Counted from the whole stretch's first letter, positions 50,868-63,484 are shown. The stretch: 63,484 bases of DNA, filler included, from Rhabdomonas costata (GCA_019059605.1; 43 parts of 43 records of this genome joined end to end with filler, not necessarily neighbours in it), one strand, 5' to 3'. The notes: generated from the letters alone by a model not told the origin. A program made the numbers and translations.

Positions 50868-53800
50868 CTGCGAGGGGTATGGAAAGGAGAGTATCAATTG
50901 GACCAATCAGATTGTATTTCTTTGGAAGGGGTGTCAACGCTCAACCGTGTTGACATTCAAACGTCGAAAGAATAACAAGAGCAAAGATTTAAATCATTAT
51001 TAAAATATATAAACATATAAGTCTTAACATATAACGCCCCCCCCCCTTCACCACAAAACACTGGCTGGGCGTGCGCCTTTCTGCTTAACTGCTCCACAAA
51101 ATTTTGGCCATGCAACTCGGGGGAAACGAAGGCTCAAGGCGACCTTTCCATGACAACACCATTTGCTGTGCGAGTTCCTATTTTTTTTGAAACAATGGAG
51201 TGGGTTCCTTCAGCTGCGAGAAATGAAAGAGCTTTGACAAACAACAAAACGAGTGAAGAGGATGGCGGGCGAAACAGGAAAACAGTTACGTTTTGAAAGT
51301 CCCGGTGCCTAAGATATAAGGTTACTTAGGTTACAGAACAGGAACCGATGCAGGCAACTATAGGATCCAATTTGCACATGGCAAAGCCTCTTCGATTGAC
51401 CTTTGCATCCACACAGGAGGAATCAGAGCGAACGCAACAGCAGACAGGAGAGGGGGGGGGGTTGCCTGTAAAAAGAACGCTTGCTTGCCATATGAAATGC
51501 GCTTGACATTTAGCGGCACACCAATGCGGTCTGTGCAACGCGCCCGCATCGTTTCATATCGCCCTTTTAATTCTAAGATGCAAAAATACAGCAACAAGTG
51601 GCCACACACGAACGCAACGGCACACAGAGGGGTCGCCACACCGTCGTCACACAAACCCNNNNNNNNNNNNNNNNNNNNNNNNNNNNNNNNNNNNNNNNNN
51701 NNTTAATTAATTAANNNNNNNNNNNNNNNNNNNNNNNNNNNNNNNNNNNNNNNNNNNNTCCTGGGGGTAAATGACTTCCTTCGGTCTCGCATGTCGTGGA
51801 CGCACTGATGAAAGGGACCTTTCTGGAATTGTTGAATGACCTGATATAGCTCAAGGACAATTAGAGGTAAGATGACTCCAGTTCCAGAGATAGGAGCATT
51901 GTACCACATCCTTTACTTTCTATCGGTATCAGGTAAGCACCTTGGGCATTTGTGTGAGACTCGCTGTGCTCTTTTCTGGTCTATTTTTCAGCTGATTGCC
52001 CCCCCCCGTCCCTTCCCGTCTTGTTCTTCAGCCCAAAATGTCCTGCAGTTGTCCCGAGCATTTGGAACACAGCGGTTTGTCGTGCCACCAACAATCGCAC
52101 ACGTTCATTGAGCTCCTTGAATCAGAGAAAGTGAGGCAGTAAAATCAAAGAGTTGGAAATTATACGGCAGCGTCACGTTAAAACTGTGAGTTACAGCCGG
52201 AACGATAGTTCAGCAAAAACTCACCTCGGAACTTCAAAGGTAAGTTGTGATGACACTCATAAGATGTCACTACGTGGCCTTTTCAGCGTGTCGTTTGCGA
52301 AGATGCCTTTTTTCACCGAAGCTGGAACATTTCAACAGAAATTTCACAGCAGACCTTTTTCTTTGTACACACCGGTAAAAACTTCAACTTTAGATTCCAT
52401 TTCTCTAACTTTCAAGGTGGCGCGGACAATATTTTAAGTTAAAAAAAATGGATTGAGATTTCCCACTCTTGAGCTCAGGAAATAACCGCCAAGATCATGG
52501 GAAAGCGGGACGGACTCGGGACTCTTGTGAGGGCCCAAGCATCGGGCGTCGGGGTGGGCAGGGAGCGGCAGTTACCTTAAAATCAGGTGGAGGTTGCTGT
52601 CAGTGAAGGGGGCCTGCCCGTAACCTTCCAATACTATGCAGGATAGATATTGGGTTGGACCCACGTCGTGTTATTGTAAGGGCCCGCTGCTGAGGAGAAG
52701 GACTCGTCCGACGACGAGGGCGGCGCGCCCGCTGCCCCTGCAGAGCCTGAGGATGAGGATAAGGTTCTGGTGGTGATTCAAGCCGACTCCGGTTTATCCC
52801 CTCCCTCCCATCAGAACCCTCCCCCCGTGGGTTTTTTTCATTCCATCCGGCGTCAAACGCCAAACGGTGATACCGGGCCAGACACATGTGAATGGAACGT
52901 AAAGAAAAGAGAGAAATCCAGGGCTTCCGAAAAGGCTAACCTAATTTATTCATCATTATGAGTGGATCTCCCAAAACGCTGCGTAAGCCGGTCCTTGCCC
53001 CTCAGGCCGGTCCCCATTCGCGATCCCTTTTTTCTTAAACGTTACTCCACTTCATTTCCCACCCAACGTTTCCGCGCAACCTACCTGCCTTTGTCCGGGC
53101 GAAAGGTACCCGGCAAATGGCTCGTTGCACCACCCACNNNNNNNNNNNNNNNNNNNNNNNNNNNNNNNNNNNNNNNNNNNNTTAATTAATTAANNNNNNN
53201 NNNNNNNNNNNNNNNNNNNNNNNNNNNNNNNNNNNNNTTGTTTGGTTTACTGCCGGCCCTCTCTCTCTAGCTCAGGCTCGCTCCCTCGCTCCCGATCTCG
53301 AACCTCGACCCGATTGGCCCACCACCCAGTTCCGCCGATGTGCGCCGTGTGCTGATTAGCACGTGAGCAGGCAAAGCCCCATAAGTAACAGTCTGACATT
53401 CTCGTGCTCATCATCAACACCACCATTGTCATCTCCGGAACAATTATTTGTTTTTTTTTTTCTCCTTTGAATACCATTACTTACCCCCATCCACCCTAAA
53501 ATGATTTGATGGTCACATGCTTCACTTTCTCCGTCCTTCTCATGGAAAATGCGTAAATGCCTAGAAACCAGTTGCGCCGATAAACGTGGCTTTCAGTTTG
53601 CTTCTGTTTTGTATTTACCGTATCCTCCACTCAATTCGTACTCTCTCTCCATTCACCACCCCACCAACCCGAACCTGGCCTTCCCGGTTCCTCGTTGAGC
53701 CCCCCCTTCCACCCAAGCCACAAATATTACATAGCAGGCTTCTGACCTCTGTTGTCTTCCTCACCTCTTCGCCACAAGGGCAAAGGCTTGCGGGTTTGAG

Positions 53801-54739
53801 GTGCACTTTTAACGCGCAACTCTGTCTGTCCCTTTTAATCCACATCCACCTGGTGGTTGCGTTGTCTCCATCGTTAAACAAGGCAAGGTGCTAACATGCT
53901 GGAACCCACTGCAGCTCTTGGTGGTGCAGAAATCGAAAATATCGAAGTATGTCAATAGGGTACGATGAGATTTCTTTTGTAGTAAAGGGGGCTTCCCAAC
54001 TGGGCGATATGGGGAGCAGGGAGGGGGGGAGGCTCTTCCTGGCGTCATGGATTTGGTTCGTTCTTCCCGCAGCAACGGTTTTGAGCATTTGCTTAAATTT
54101 CTCACCCATCCGCTCTCTCTGCGTTGGCTTCCCTGTGGCTTTCCTTCTGGATATGAGCTCCTCCTCGGCTTCTGCTCGGGCGCCCTGGGCGGCGCGGGCG
54201 CTTGGGCTGGTGAAAGGCGCAGCCGAGAGGCTAGGCGTGGCCCGGCCTTGGGTCGCGCCCTCTGCAGTGCTCTCTGTGCGGCGGAGAGCGCCCCAGGCCT
54301 GTTCCCCTTGTGCTTCCCCCTCCGCCGGGTTCGACGTGGGGATTCCCTCCTTCTCCACCTCCCCGGCTGCCGGGGACACAGTCCCGGCTGTGAGGTGGGT
54401 GGCCGTACCCTTTGCGCTGCCATCCAATGAAATTGATGGATAATTCTTGAAATAAAGATTTGAAGAAAATATTAAAAACTTCGGATTGAAAAAATTCCCT
54501 GGAACCTGTCGCTGAGACAGTATACGTCAGATTTGATATTCCGAGTAGATAAGGGAAACGCAACACACTACACACACGCACATCCGGGCCACATTACATT
54601 GTGAGAACACCAACANNNNNNNNNNNNNNNNNNNNNNNNNNNNNNNNNNNNNNNNNNNNTTAATTAATTAANNNNNNNNNNNNNNNNNNNNNNNNNNNNN
54701 NNNNNNNNNNNNNNNGGGGGTTTTGTAAACATCACTGAA

Positions 54740-55739
54740 TGCGCGGGAACAGTTGTCGCCAACTGTGGTCCAGTTGTTGACATTGCCGAAAAGAGATTTG
54801 GAATTCCAGGAATCACTGAGCTGCTCACAGAACCGTACGAAAACTTCGGAGCTGACTGGTCTCTGCTACCTGATGTCAAAAACGCCGTGCTTCATGAGAA
54901 TGGAGTATAACCATACCTCATTGTATCAAACTCCATTCCTGTTCCCTCAGCTGCGACGGACTTTTTCAGCGACTCTTCTGGCACTGCTACAATCACTTGG
55001 GGCGGGTCTCGGCTTGCGATAATAATCCCAGGCTTTTTCAATTGCTTCTTCCAAAGATTGCGGATCATCCGCCATCACCTTTGCCTGGATGTAACCCTCC
55101 AATCCCCTCACAAACAAGTACTGCAGCTGCGCGTCACCGTCAAATCTCGTACCCTTCAAAAGTCCTAAACCCGTCACAAACTTCTGGTGATAATCTTGGA
55201 AATCCCCATTCTTCATTCGCAAGTTCTCCAACCTCCAAACCACATTGTAGTCCCACGTTGAAGGGAAAAACCGCTTCCGCAAAGTTTTAGTAAAATTCGC
55301 CCAATCTGCGAAAGTCTGCTCTGGAGCGATAATTCTCCTTGCGAACGAACTGAGCGCTCCTGGTGCATACACAATGGCAATTTGATTTGGGACCCTACGA
55401 AAGTCCTTCAGCTCCTCCACTGCCATCAACCGAGGGAGGAAATTAGCTGCGTTCCCGTCGTATCTGGGAAACTCGGGGTCCTTTTCCTGCAGTTTACGAA
55501 GCGCTCCACTCACTGACTCAGCCTGATTTGGCACAACTGTTACGGGTACTGCTGCTCTTCCGGCTCCTGGGCCCTCTTCACCACTTGGCAGTCCACCCGT
55601 TACTCTTAATCTATGAACCAGACTGCTGTGTCGCCCTCTGCTGCTCTTCAAGCTGTCGAAACAGCGACGCTGAGTGAGTCAGGAAAGATTGAAATGTCTG
55701 CTCCATGCATTGCGCTGGGGGTGTGCCTTCTTCTGACAT
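54740..55739 (-). mobile_element. Ty3/gypsy-type LTR retrotransposon Gag, disrupted
   Basis: FPRYDG, DWANFTKTLRKRFFP, LENLRM..GDFQDYHQKF, LFVRGL..YIQAKV, PQSLEEAIEKA; ATG at 55739 joins via a frameshift near 55620; decayed zinc knuckle near 54745-54795. Confidence 0.85.
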
Positions 55740-56016
55740 CACTGCTGCTCAATCAATCAATACGACACAGCTCACCACCAAATCAAGCTCGTATCAATCA
55801 CACACCGGGTGCGACGAAAGACTATTTCTGCTCTGCCCGATGATTCGAGCCAGGGACACAACACACACTCTGTACGAGCAGGTCCTATCTCTCTCTCTCT
55901 CTCTCTCTCCGCCTTATACCAAACAATGCGACCAACGCCTTGCGTGTCGCGGGCAAACTCCCTGCCTCAGGCGGTCTTATACCAAACTGACTCGTACGAA
56001 ACTTCTCCCCAATAGA

Positions 56017-56027
56017 CTCTGCTACCA
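56017..56027 (-). promoter_or_regulatory. Primer-binding site TGGTAGCAGAG
   Basis: Complementary to the 3' end (CUCUGCUACCA) of AGCAGAG-type eukaryotic initiator tRNA-Met; same strand as gag and about 280 nt upstream of its ATG. Confidence 0.65.
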
Positions 56028-57235
56028 CGCGACGACTTGTCGCGACAAAAAGCGCTACGCGCTTTGCACCACACAGGGTGTTTACCAACCCCCCNNNNNN
56101 NNNNNNNNNNNNNNNNNNNNNNNNNNNNNNNNNNNNNNTTAATTAATTAANNNNNNNNNNNNNNNNNNNNNNNNNNNNNNNNNNNNNNNNNNNNGTTTGC
56201 ATGGAAATTATAAGGCCGATGTGCAAAATGAGACTGAAAAAATGTGTCTCACTCGGCCATTTGTTAGGGGTCAGAGATGGATCATGTTGAGGTGGATCCG
56301 CGAGGGAGGGGGAGGGAGGCGGACACCTCGGGGTCGTTTTGGGTTAGAAGTCGATGCAAGCGCGCTGTGCTGAATTTGAGCTTTGAGCAGTGGGCGGTAC
56401 GGATGCTCGAAAAACCTAACGCATTCCCAGTTTCCTATCCATCACTGAACATGTCTCATGGATCTCCCAAGCCTCCGCTCTGCAGCGCTAAATATGACTG
56501 CCACCGAACCCCACCCCTTGCACACATGCGGGAAATCCGGTCTTCCAGTTTTGGATGTCAACCTCAGCGGAGTGCTGCAAAGTGCCGGCCATCCCGACTT
56601 CATTCCCCGCACAGAACCCCGAAGGGAGTAGCGTGTCCGAGCGTCGCCCGTGGATTTATGGTATCGCGGTGGACGCATTGCTTGGCGAACTCGTAGGATT
56701 GTAGCCAATCTACTGCACACCAAACGCCAATTGCTCTGCCGGAAAACCCCTGAAACCCGAAATTCAGAAGGTGAAAACCTGGCTTGAAAAGAGACTCAAA
56801 CCAAAATACGGCGAAGTTCAGGTGCTTTGGGATGCCAACGAGCTCGATTGTTTTTGGTGGATGCTTTTCAGAAAAGAGAGGTCACCGCCATTTTGCACGA
56901 CAGTGCAGATTTTTCACCCCCTGAAAACCCTAAAATGTCTCCTTTCTTGGGCAAAAAGGCACATCAATTGAGAGTTTCAAAAAAAATCCTTCGCCAAATA
57001 CAAATAGTTTCCACCGCAATATTCTGCCGACGCTCTTGAGAAGGTGTTGGCTTCTGCGCTGCATCGCAGCCCATCGTGTAACCCCGTCCTCCTGCAGTGC
57101 TGATCGGGATTACCTCTGCAATCGCCTCGGCTCGCCTCCCCCCACCCCACAGTTGCGTTGGGTCAGCACACCGGTACAATGCATCCCTTTGTTCCGGAGG
57201 CTTCCTTTCCCTGTTTTTTTTGGCTCACCGCTCAG

Positions 57236-57545
57236 GTGTGGAGCAGCCCTGACGGAGCGGCGTGGACCCAGTTGCTCGCCCAGGCGCCCTTCGGGGGGCG
57301 CCAAGATCCCGTTATGGTGGCGTATTACGGGCAGCTGTGGTTCCTCGGCGGGGACATGGTGTGGTCTGGGGACTTCGCGGACGTGTGGAGCAGCTACGAC
57401 GGGGTGACGTGGACCAACCAGCCGGGGATGCCGGGGACGGACACCCTGTTCGGGGCCGCGATCATGGGCAACACCTTATTTCTCACCGGGGGGATCAGCC
57501 CGTGCTGCTACAACCCCCCCCTCACCGTGGTGTACGCCCTCTCTC
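57236..57545 (+). CDS. Kelch-like beta-propeller exon of the DVWSSxDGxxW type
   Basis: VWSSPDGAAWTQ..APFGGR...LWFLGG...ADVWSSYDGVTWT...LFLTGG; bounded by CAG and GTATG. Confidence 0.85.
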
Positions 57546-60500
57546 GTATGCCGTTCAGAGCATGGGGAAGAAANNNNNNNNNNNNNNNNNNNNNNNNNNN
57601 NNNNNNNNNNNNNNNNNTTAATTAATTAANNNNNNNNNNNNNNNNNNNNNNNNNNNNNNNNNNNNNNNNNNNNGTGTATTCGTAGGCTGGCCCGCAAGCA
57701 GCCTTGGTGAAGCCTTGGAGCCTGTGTCCAAGACACGGTGCAAAGGAAGGCTTCTTTGACTTCCTTCCTTCGCTCCTTCACCACCACCGTCTCCCGATCT
57801 TTCAAGCCTATATAGAAAACTGTTTATTTTTAAAATTCCTGTAATCCAATGTATCTCTAATTTTATCTCTAATTAACTTTGAAATCAAACCAATTAAAAA
57901 TTTGTTTTCCAAAAGGAAAATTCTATTGTGAAGCAAATATCCCAAGTTCATTTTGTTTTGGGAAAGGTTTGAATCAACCTTGTAAAGGGAAATGGCAAAT
58001 ACGCCGGCAGATGACGGTGACTTGGCGTGTTTTTCAAAAAAGTTTCATAGGCGCCTGGGGCACTTGGCGAAATAATCACCACCCACTCACCATCCATTAG
58101 TACCCAAGTACGGGCTTGGGTAGAGCTGTTGGTGCATTTATTCCGCATAACAGCTGGGTGTTGGTGGGCCTCGGCTTACATTGCTCGTTAGCTTAGTTGT
58201 CGCGCCATTTTTTCTCTGGGTGAATCGTCCGAACTCAGCGTTTACCGCACAAACCCGACAATTTACCTAATCTGCTTTCAGATGGGTTATGGTTCTGTCA
58301 AACACAAAAGTACTTTGTCAACCCTGAAACAGGTGTGCACACGAACCACGCTGAGGGATTTGGGGAAATGTAAAGAAGACGTATCGCGCTCGCGGGCAGA
58401 GTTTTCAGGGTGACATGTACACCATTCAAGAAAGAGTGGTGCTCTGCCTGTTTATGTTTCTGGCTGACCCACCACATTCACATACTTCCAGCATCCAGGA
58501 GCTTGTCAAAGTCGGTGTGATTCTGTGAACTCTTCCGTGTTCTTCCTGGACTTTCTGAACTGAAATAGGGGGTTAGGTGAGCTTTGCCACCTTCCTTCTA
58601 GGACACGTTACTTTGAAAGCAGGGGGTTATGCAATTTCCCGATTTCTCGTCGAAGATCTCTTGTCTCTGCCCCCCCCCCCCGAGGCTAAGCCCAATGCCA
58701 AGCCGAAGTCAAAGGCGAGGGCACATTTCTGGAAGCGTCCCCTCGAATTTCGAATGGCGTGCCCTTCCGCGAATATCACGAAGTAAAGAACAAGCTCAGT
58801 TGTGTCGGTGCGGCTGAGTTGCTGCAGTTGCGGCTGGGCTGCCGGATGGCTGCAACGCTGTGCTGCAGTGTGGCGTGTGATTGGTGCGTGCTGTGGTGAA
58901 GTGCCTGCGCCCCCAGCAGAATTCGTGCTGGGTGACAGTGCAACGGTTGCTGAGCGTGCGGCTCGGTTCGTCCTGTTGAGCTGAGAAGGGAGTCTGGACC
59001 TCCCACTCGCGAAATGGAAGCTTCGATTGAATACGTTCCAAAAAACCACNNNNNNNNNNNNNNNNNNNNNNNNNNNNNNNNNNNNNNNNNNNNTTAATTA
59101 ATTAANNNNNNNNNNNNNNNNNNNNNNNNNNNNNNNNNNNNNNNNNNNNGCACAAAAACATGAATGGGGGCACGCGACCGCGCGCACACACACACTGTCG
59201 TGTGTTCACGCACTTGCACGCCACGCCCATTTACCACCATCTTCCACTCTTCTGGTGCATCGTGTCTCCGCGGCTCTCGCCTTTGATTCCGCTGTGGTTC
59301 TGATGCGGCACATCCTATTTGAAAACACTATTAAAGGCGCAAAAGCAACACAAATTGAAATAAAAAGCGACATTTTCGATTAAATTCCGCATTCACGGAC
59401 CCAAACAAGTTTTAAGAACCTAATCAATGACATATCTCTGTAATTTTTGTAGTTTTTGGCGTTCAGTGGCACCAGGGAAGTCAGGACGAATTCTTGAAAT
59501 ATTCCTGATCTGTGAAAACTCTTGTGAGAGGTGAAAATGCAACCTTATTTCTCAGAAACCATGGAACACAGCCTGTGTATTTCTAATGTGGTTGTGTCGT
59601 GTGCTGGCTACCTCCTTCCACGCGACGTCCCTCCATTGTACTGGATATAAGCCTCGCCCGGGGTCTTCTTCACTGTCTCTCCGCTTGAATTCCAACTCTC
59701 ACCTGGCCCTGCTCTGATCGCCTTCTCGACAAGCTGATTGATATATAGCATGAACCATTGCCTGGCCAGGAGCTGTCTCACAATGGTCTGAGCGTCAACT
59801 TCTGCCACAGCTGACTCTTGAACTTCTCGGCACTATGGAAAACCTCTGAAAAATGTCTGTCCAACGAACGTGATTTTTCTCCTCCGTCTCTGGATGTGGA
59901 ACACCTGTGTGATTTGGACCGTTACACTCTACTCTGCTAGGACTGTGGACGTATCCAGAAGACGTTCGACGGCCTATAACCCAAACGGTCAGTCTGAAAG
60001 ACTCTGAAAGCTCCTTTCCCCTTTCTTTAAGCACACGTGTACATGGTATGTGTGTGTATAACTGGCTCGTCTTCATGAAAACATGACGTAAATCTACACC
60101 AAATTTGGATGAAATGACACACCAGCTGGAGCATCAGCACAACAGTTTGTGAAAATGCTCCTTACCAATCCACAATCAAATCCACAAACCTCACACATCT
60201 GGATGTTAAGCTGTGAAAACACACCACACACGCTCTGGAAACACGACACACTCTCACATCATCATAAATCCGATCAACGACATTCGAAATCTGACTCTTT
60301 ATCTCTGGATCATTAACCCTGTGGTGTCAAAAATATCTACTGTACTTCGAAAGCAGGTCTTCTTATTTGACTGAAATCTCTGGAATGTATCTTCTCTCGT
60401 CGAATGCAAAATGCCTCACAAGCGTCGTGTGCCTGTCATTGAAGAAACTCCACACTCTGGAACCTGACATACCATTCCCACTATATTTTTTCAACCCTCC

Positions 60501-61361
60501 ACTGGATCGCACATCACCACCACACTTANNNNNNNNNNNNNNNNNNNNNNNNNNNNNNNNNNNNNNNNNNNNTTAATTAATTAANNNNNNNNNNNNNNNN
60601 NNNNNNNNNNNNNNNNNNNNNNNNNNNNCTGTGATGGGTGGCAATGTGAAAGTCTTCAACGATTTCCAGAATTACTGTGAACAGGTCCCCCTTTCCCCTT
60701 CAAAATCAATGTTGAACTCGCAAAGGCCATGGGCCAGTGAGGAAAAACCCGTTACCAAAAACCCAAAACCCAAAGCCCCAGGTGAACCACATCACAACGC
60801 CCCTGAGCGCGGGCAGGTGGTGGAAAGGACGCGAAGCACCGCAGCATGAACCGCACGAATTTGGCGGGCAATGGCGGTGGAAAGCCATACACCTGGGCCC
60901 CCCTTAGCGGGTATACAGGTGTGTGTGTGTGTGGATTTTTTTGCACATACATTGCAGATGCCATCGATAAACCCTCCGCTGCGATGGAAAATCACGCCGC
61001 ACAACATCAAAAAAAGAAAGACGCGCAAAAAGGCAACGGGTAGCTCCCCGCTGGAGGGTGCATGGACCGGCCACGTAGCGTTTCAGGAGGCCCACTGTAC
61101 TTAGAAAAGTGGACAAACATACAGGAACTCACATGACAACAGTGCTTGCAGGGTTTCGATCAAGCAGCAAACAGCAAACAGCAAACACTTAGAAACGACC
61201 CCAGGCTTGCTTCATCTGCTCTCTCCTGAACTGCAGGAAACCCTTTTCACAACCTCAAACTGCATTGGATAACTTCGCAAAATAGCCACACAGAAACCTC
61301 CGAATTTGTCCATTGGTTTTATCATGGCGTTGCATTGCTTGGAAGAGCGCGTAAAACATAC

Positions 61362-61722
61362 CTGCATCTTCTGCTCAAGCTGTCCTTGATTGCAGTTGTC
61401 CTGGCCATCAGAGATAAATAGTACTGTCACAAAGCAGTCCATCGGCTCTTTCTCAATGTACTCATCCATGAGTTGAAAAGCCCTGAAAAAATGCAACAGG
61501 CTTGCCCATTGTCCATCACAGTTATCTTGGGCATCAAGAACACAAAGCTAATGATACTACGACGCACTTGAGAATGTCTGTGGTGCCACCTCCGTGAGCG
61601 CCAAGGCTGCTGGTCAGAACGTTGGTCTCGCACACCCTGGGCCGGGAGTCGAAGGTGATCGTAGTAAGATCGGTCTTCGGCATGTACTGGTTGTACATCG
61701 CGGCAACGTCTTTCCAGTAGGA
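61362..61722 (-). CDS. von Willebrand factor A domain protein, exons 61722-61568 and 61482-61362
   Basis: ITFDS, HGGGTTDILK/AF, VTVLFISDGQDN (MIDAS Thr and Asp elements); phase-2 GT-AG intron of 85 nt. Confidence 0.8.
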
Positions 61723-62107
61723 CTAAATGGGAAAAGTATGGTTAGTTAAAATGGCATGCATGCATACACACAGAGTTGACCTCAGTTATTGAGCTCTGCA
61801 TTACCTGGGGAAACAGAAGCAACAATCAAGGGCGCAACGATTTTCATCCCCATTCCTTGTTCAGTCCACACGTTGCCTCGGATCCCATTCTCTCTTGCCT
61901 TCGAACTCGACTGGCGCCATTGATTATCGCTTTCTGGGCGCCAGCCCAAGCTTTCACAGTTGTACAGAGTTTCTTGAGCCGCTCTGTCCTTGTAGACGGG
62001 ATTATTGNNNNNNNNNNNNNNNNNNNNNNNNNNNNNNNNNNNNNNNNNNNNTTAATTAATTAANNNNNNNNNNNNNNNNNNNNNNNNNNNNNNNNNNNNN
62101 NNNNNNN

Positions 62108-62440
62108 GTGTGTGGGTATTTCTGAGGCGGCCACGTACTCCGCAAGCTTTCGGGTCACCACACTCATCATACTGAGGTAACTCACCACCTCATTCTCGAC
62201 CACGGTGCAGGCCAAGCTGCGGTAGCTGTGGCCAACGCGGTCGAGTGCCGCCTGTGCGTGGTTGCGGGTGAGGACAAACGTCATCGTTCCGACCGTCAGT
62301 AGAGATAAGACGGTGAGGGCCAAGGGCAAGACCCGGATCGGAACCCGCGGACACCGCGGGAAACGAGCGTTCTCGGGAGCGAGGGGCCTGCGCTGGTGTG
62401 CAGGACTGGGGGTTTCCGTGGGCATCTCCACTCGCCTCAT
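62108..62440 (-). CDS. N-terminal fragment of a membrane sensor (TM helix plus long extracellular helix; receptor adenylate cyclase/Cache-like)
   Basis: VPIRVLPLALTVLSLLTVGTMTFVLTRNHAQAALDRVG...VENEVVSYLS; same layout as 10027-10213. Confidence 0.5.
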
Positions 62441-63484
62441 TCCTTGAGGGGAAGGAAAAGCTATGACCGGGAGCCAAAGGTAAAAAGTCGTAAGGAGAGA
62501 AAAAACACGGCAGCGAGCTCTGGGAGTAAATTTCAGATCGAACTGCCTGCATTGAGGAATGAGTTACACTTCAAGGCATCTTCGGGTACCCAAAAACCTT
62601 GGTTGTGGAGCGCGTTTATCTTTCCTGCTCCCCTAACTGGTCTCTAACGTCATCTTACCTGTTAATTGCCACATTCATTTCGGTTTGCCGTCCTCCAACC
62701 GGGGTACGCTTTTTCTCTCTTTTGGGCCTGGTCCCTTCCTCTTGACGTTGTTTGCCATGTTCGTTAGAAAAACAATCTTCCCCGGTTCTCTTCCTCAACC
62801 TGGCTGACTAGTCAACTGCCGCCCTCCCCCCGTTGCTGTGCGGTGAGTGATGCCGCGGTCAGGGAGTGGTAGAAGTCAGTTCCGTTGGAGCCGGATCCTA
62901 CAGCGTGGTCAGAGGATGTTTGTCCTCCACATCACGAGAGGGAGACGACCACTGGAAACAGCCTCCCCTCAACTGGGCTCGACACTATCGGTCTTCGCAG
63001 CCACAGTAAGACTGGCAGATCGTTCTGTCCTTCCTTTGAACAGCTTTTCTGACCAGGTCGCACCAGCAACTTCGGAGGAGCAGGGTATAGTTTAAGTATT
63101 GACGAGGGGGAGCATCTGGTGATAAGAACCGGAGCAGGGAGGAGAATCATTTTTCGGGCGAACATCGACTCGGAGCACTCCGAGCACTTCAGCACCTGAA
63201 TAAACGCGGATTCCACTGCAATCAGGGGAACAGTGGGCATGTGCTTCAGCCCGGAACGAATGCCCAACGCAGATGGCACGGGAAGGAGAGCTAGAGTAAT
63301 CGCAGAGAGAGCTGCAAACGGTTCTCAGCAAAGGACTTTTCTCGGTGCGGGAAAGGGTGAAAAAAAAAAGGGAGACAGCAATAATTCGAAATCGGACTCG
63401 CCGTCGTCCCACAAAACCCGACCACATCGAGAAGCAGCTCCTCCGGCGCAGCACAGGCGGGTCCAAAAAGGGGGGGGGGGGGAA

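Noticed and set aside
48799-56094. SIR2 gene, receptor exon and retrotransposon near each other, suggesting a defence island
   Set aside because: They lie on different contigs concatenated by size; linkage is not informative
1381-62107. Regularly spaced TTAATTAATTAA palindrome resembling a repeat array or CRISPR
   Set aside because: Always centred in a 100-nt N block; it is a synthetic linker. ORF-track entries ending in X...LIN are artefacts
1-63484. G/T-rich contig starts and C/A-rich contig ends
   Set aside because: Consistent with untrimmed low-quality read tails; no periodic telomere motif
1-63484. Most 60-200 aa entries in the ORF track
   Set aside because: Antisense shadows, intron read-through or chance frames; real coding here is in short exons

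Overview
This is not contiguous DNA. It is 43 unrelated contigs of about 1.38 kb, joined by 42 artificial 100-nt linkers (44 N + TTAATTAATTAA + 44 N, stops in all six frames), so neighbourhood across linkers means nothing. The contigs come from an intron-rich eukaryote with GC3-rich exons and GT-AG plus some GC-AG introns. Gene content and style suggest a euglenid-like protist, but that is inference. Recognisable exon sets: DNA polymerase zeta (REV3), a DEAD-box helicase, two WD40 and two Kelch proteins, a vWA protein, probable Med22 and AMP deaminase, and four fragments of membrane sensors. Decayed retroelements include a CRE/RLE-type RT, a LINE tail and a Ty3/gypsy Gag with an initiator-tRNA PBS. 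The most notable items are (1) an intron-split SIR2-like domain of the antiphage-defence type, (2) an AT-rich contig with a Mimivirus-type AAAATTGA motif, an ORFan and a decayed acetolactate synthase, possibly a giant-virus remnant, and (3) a bacterial-type guanine deaminase carrying a signal peptide and introns. No complete multi-gene system can be seen in 1.4-kb fragments. No rRNA, tRNA or CRISPR array was recognised. All family calls come from reading motifs by eye, not from database searches.
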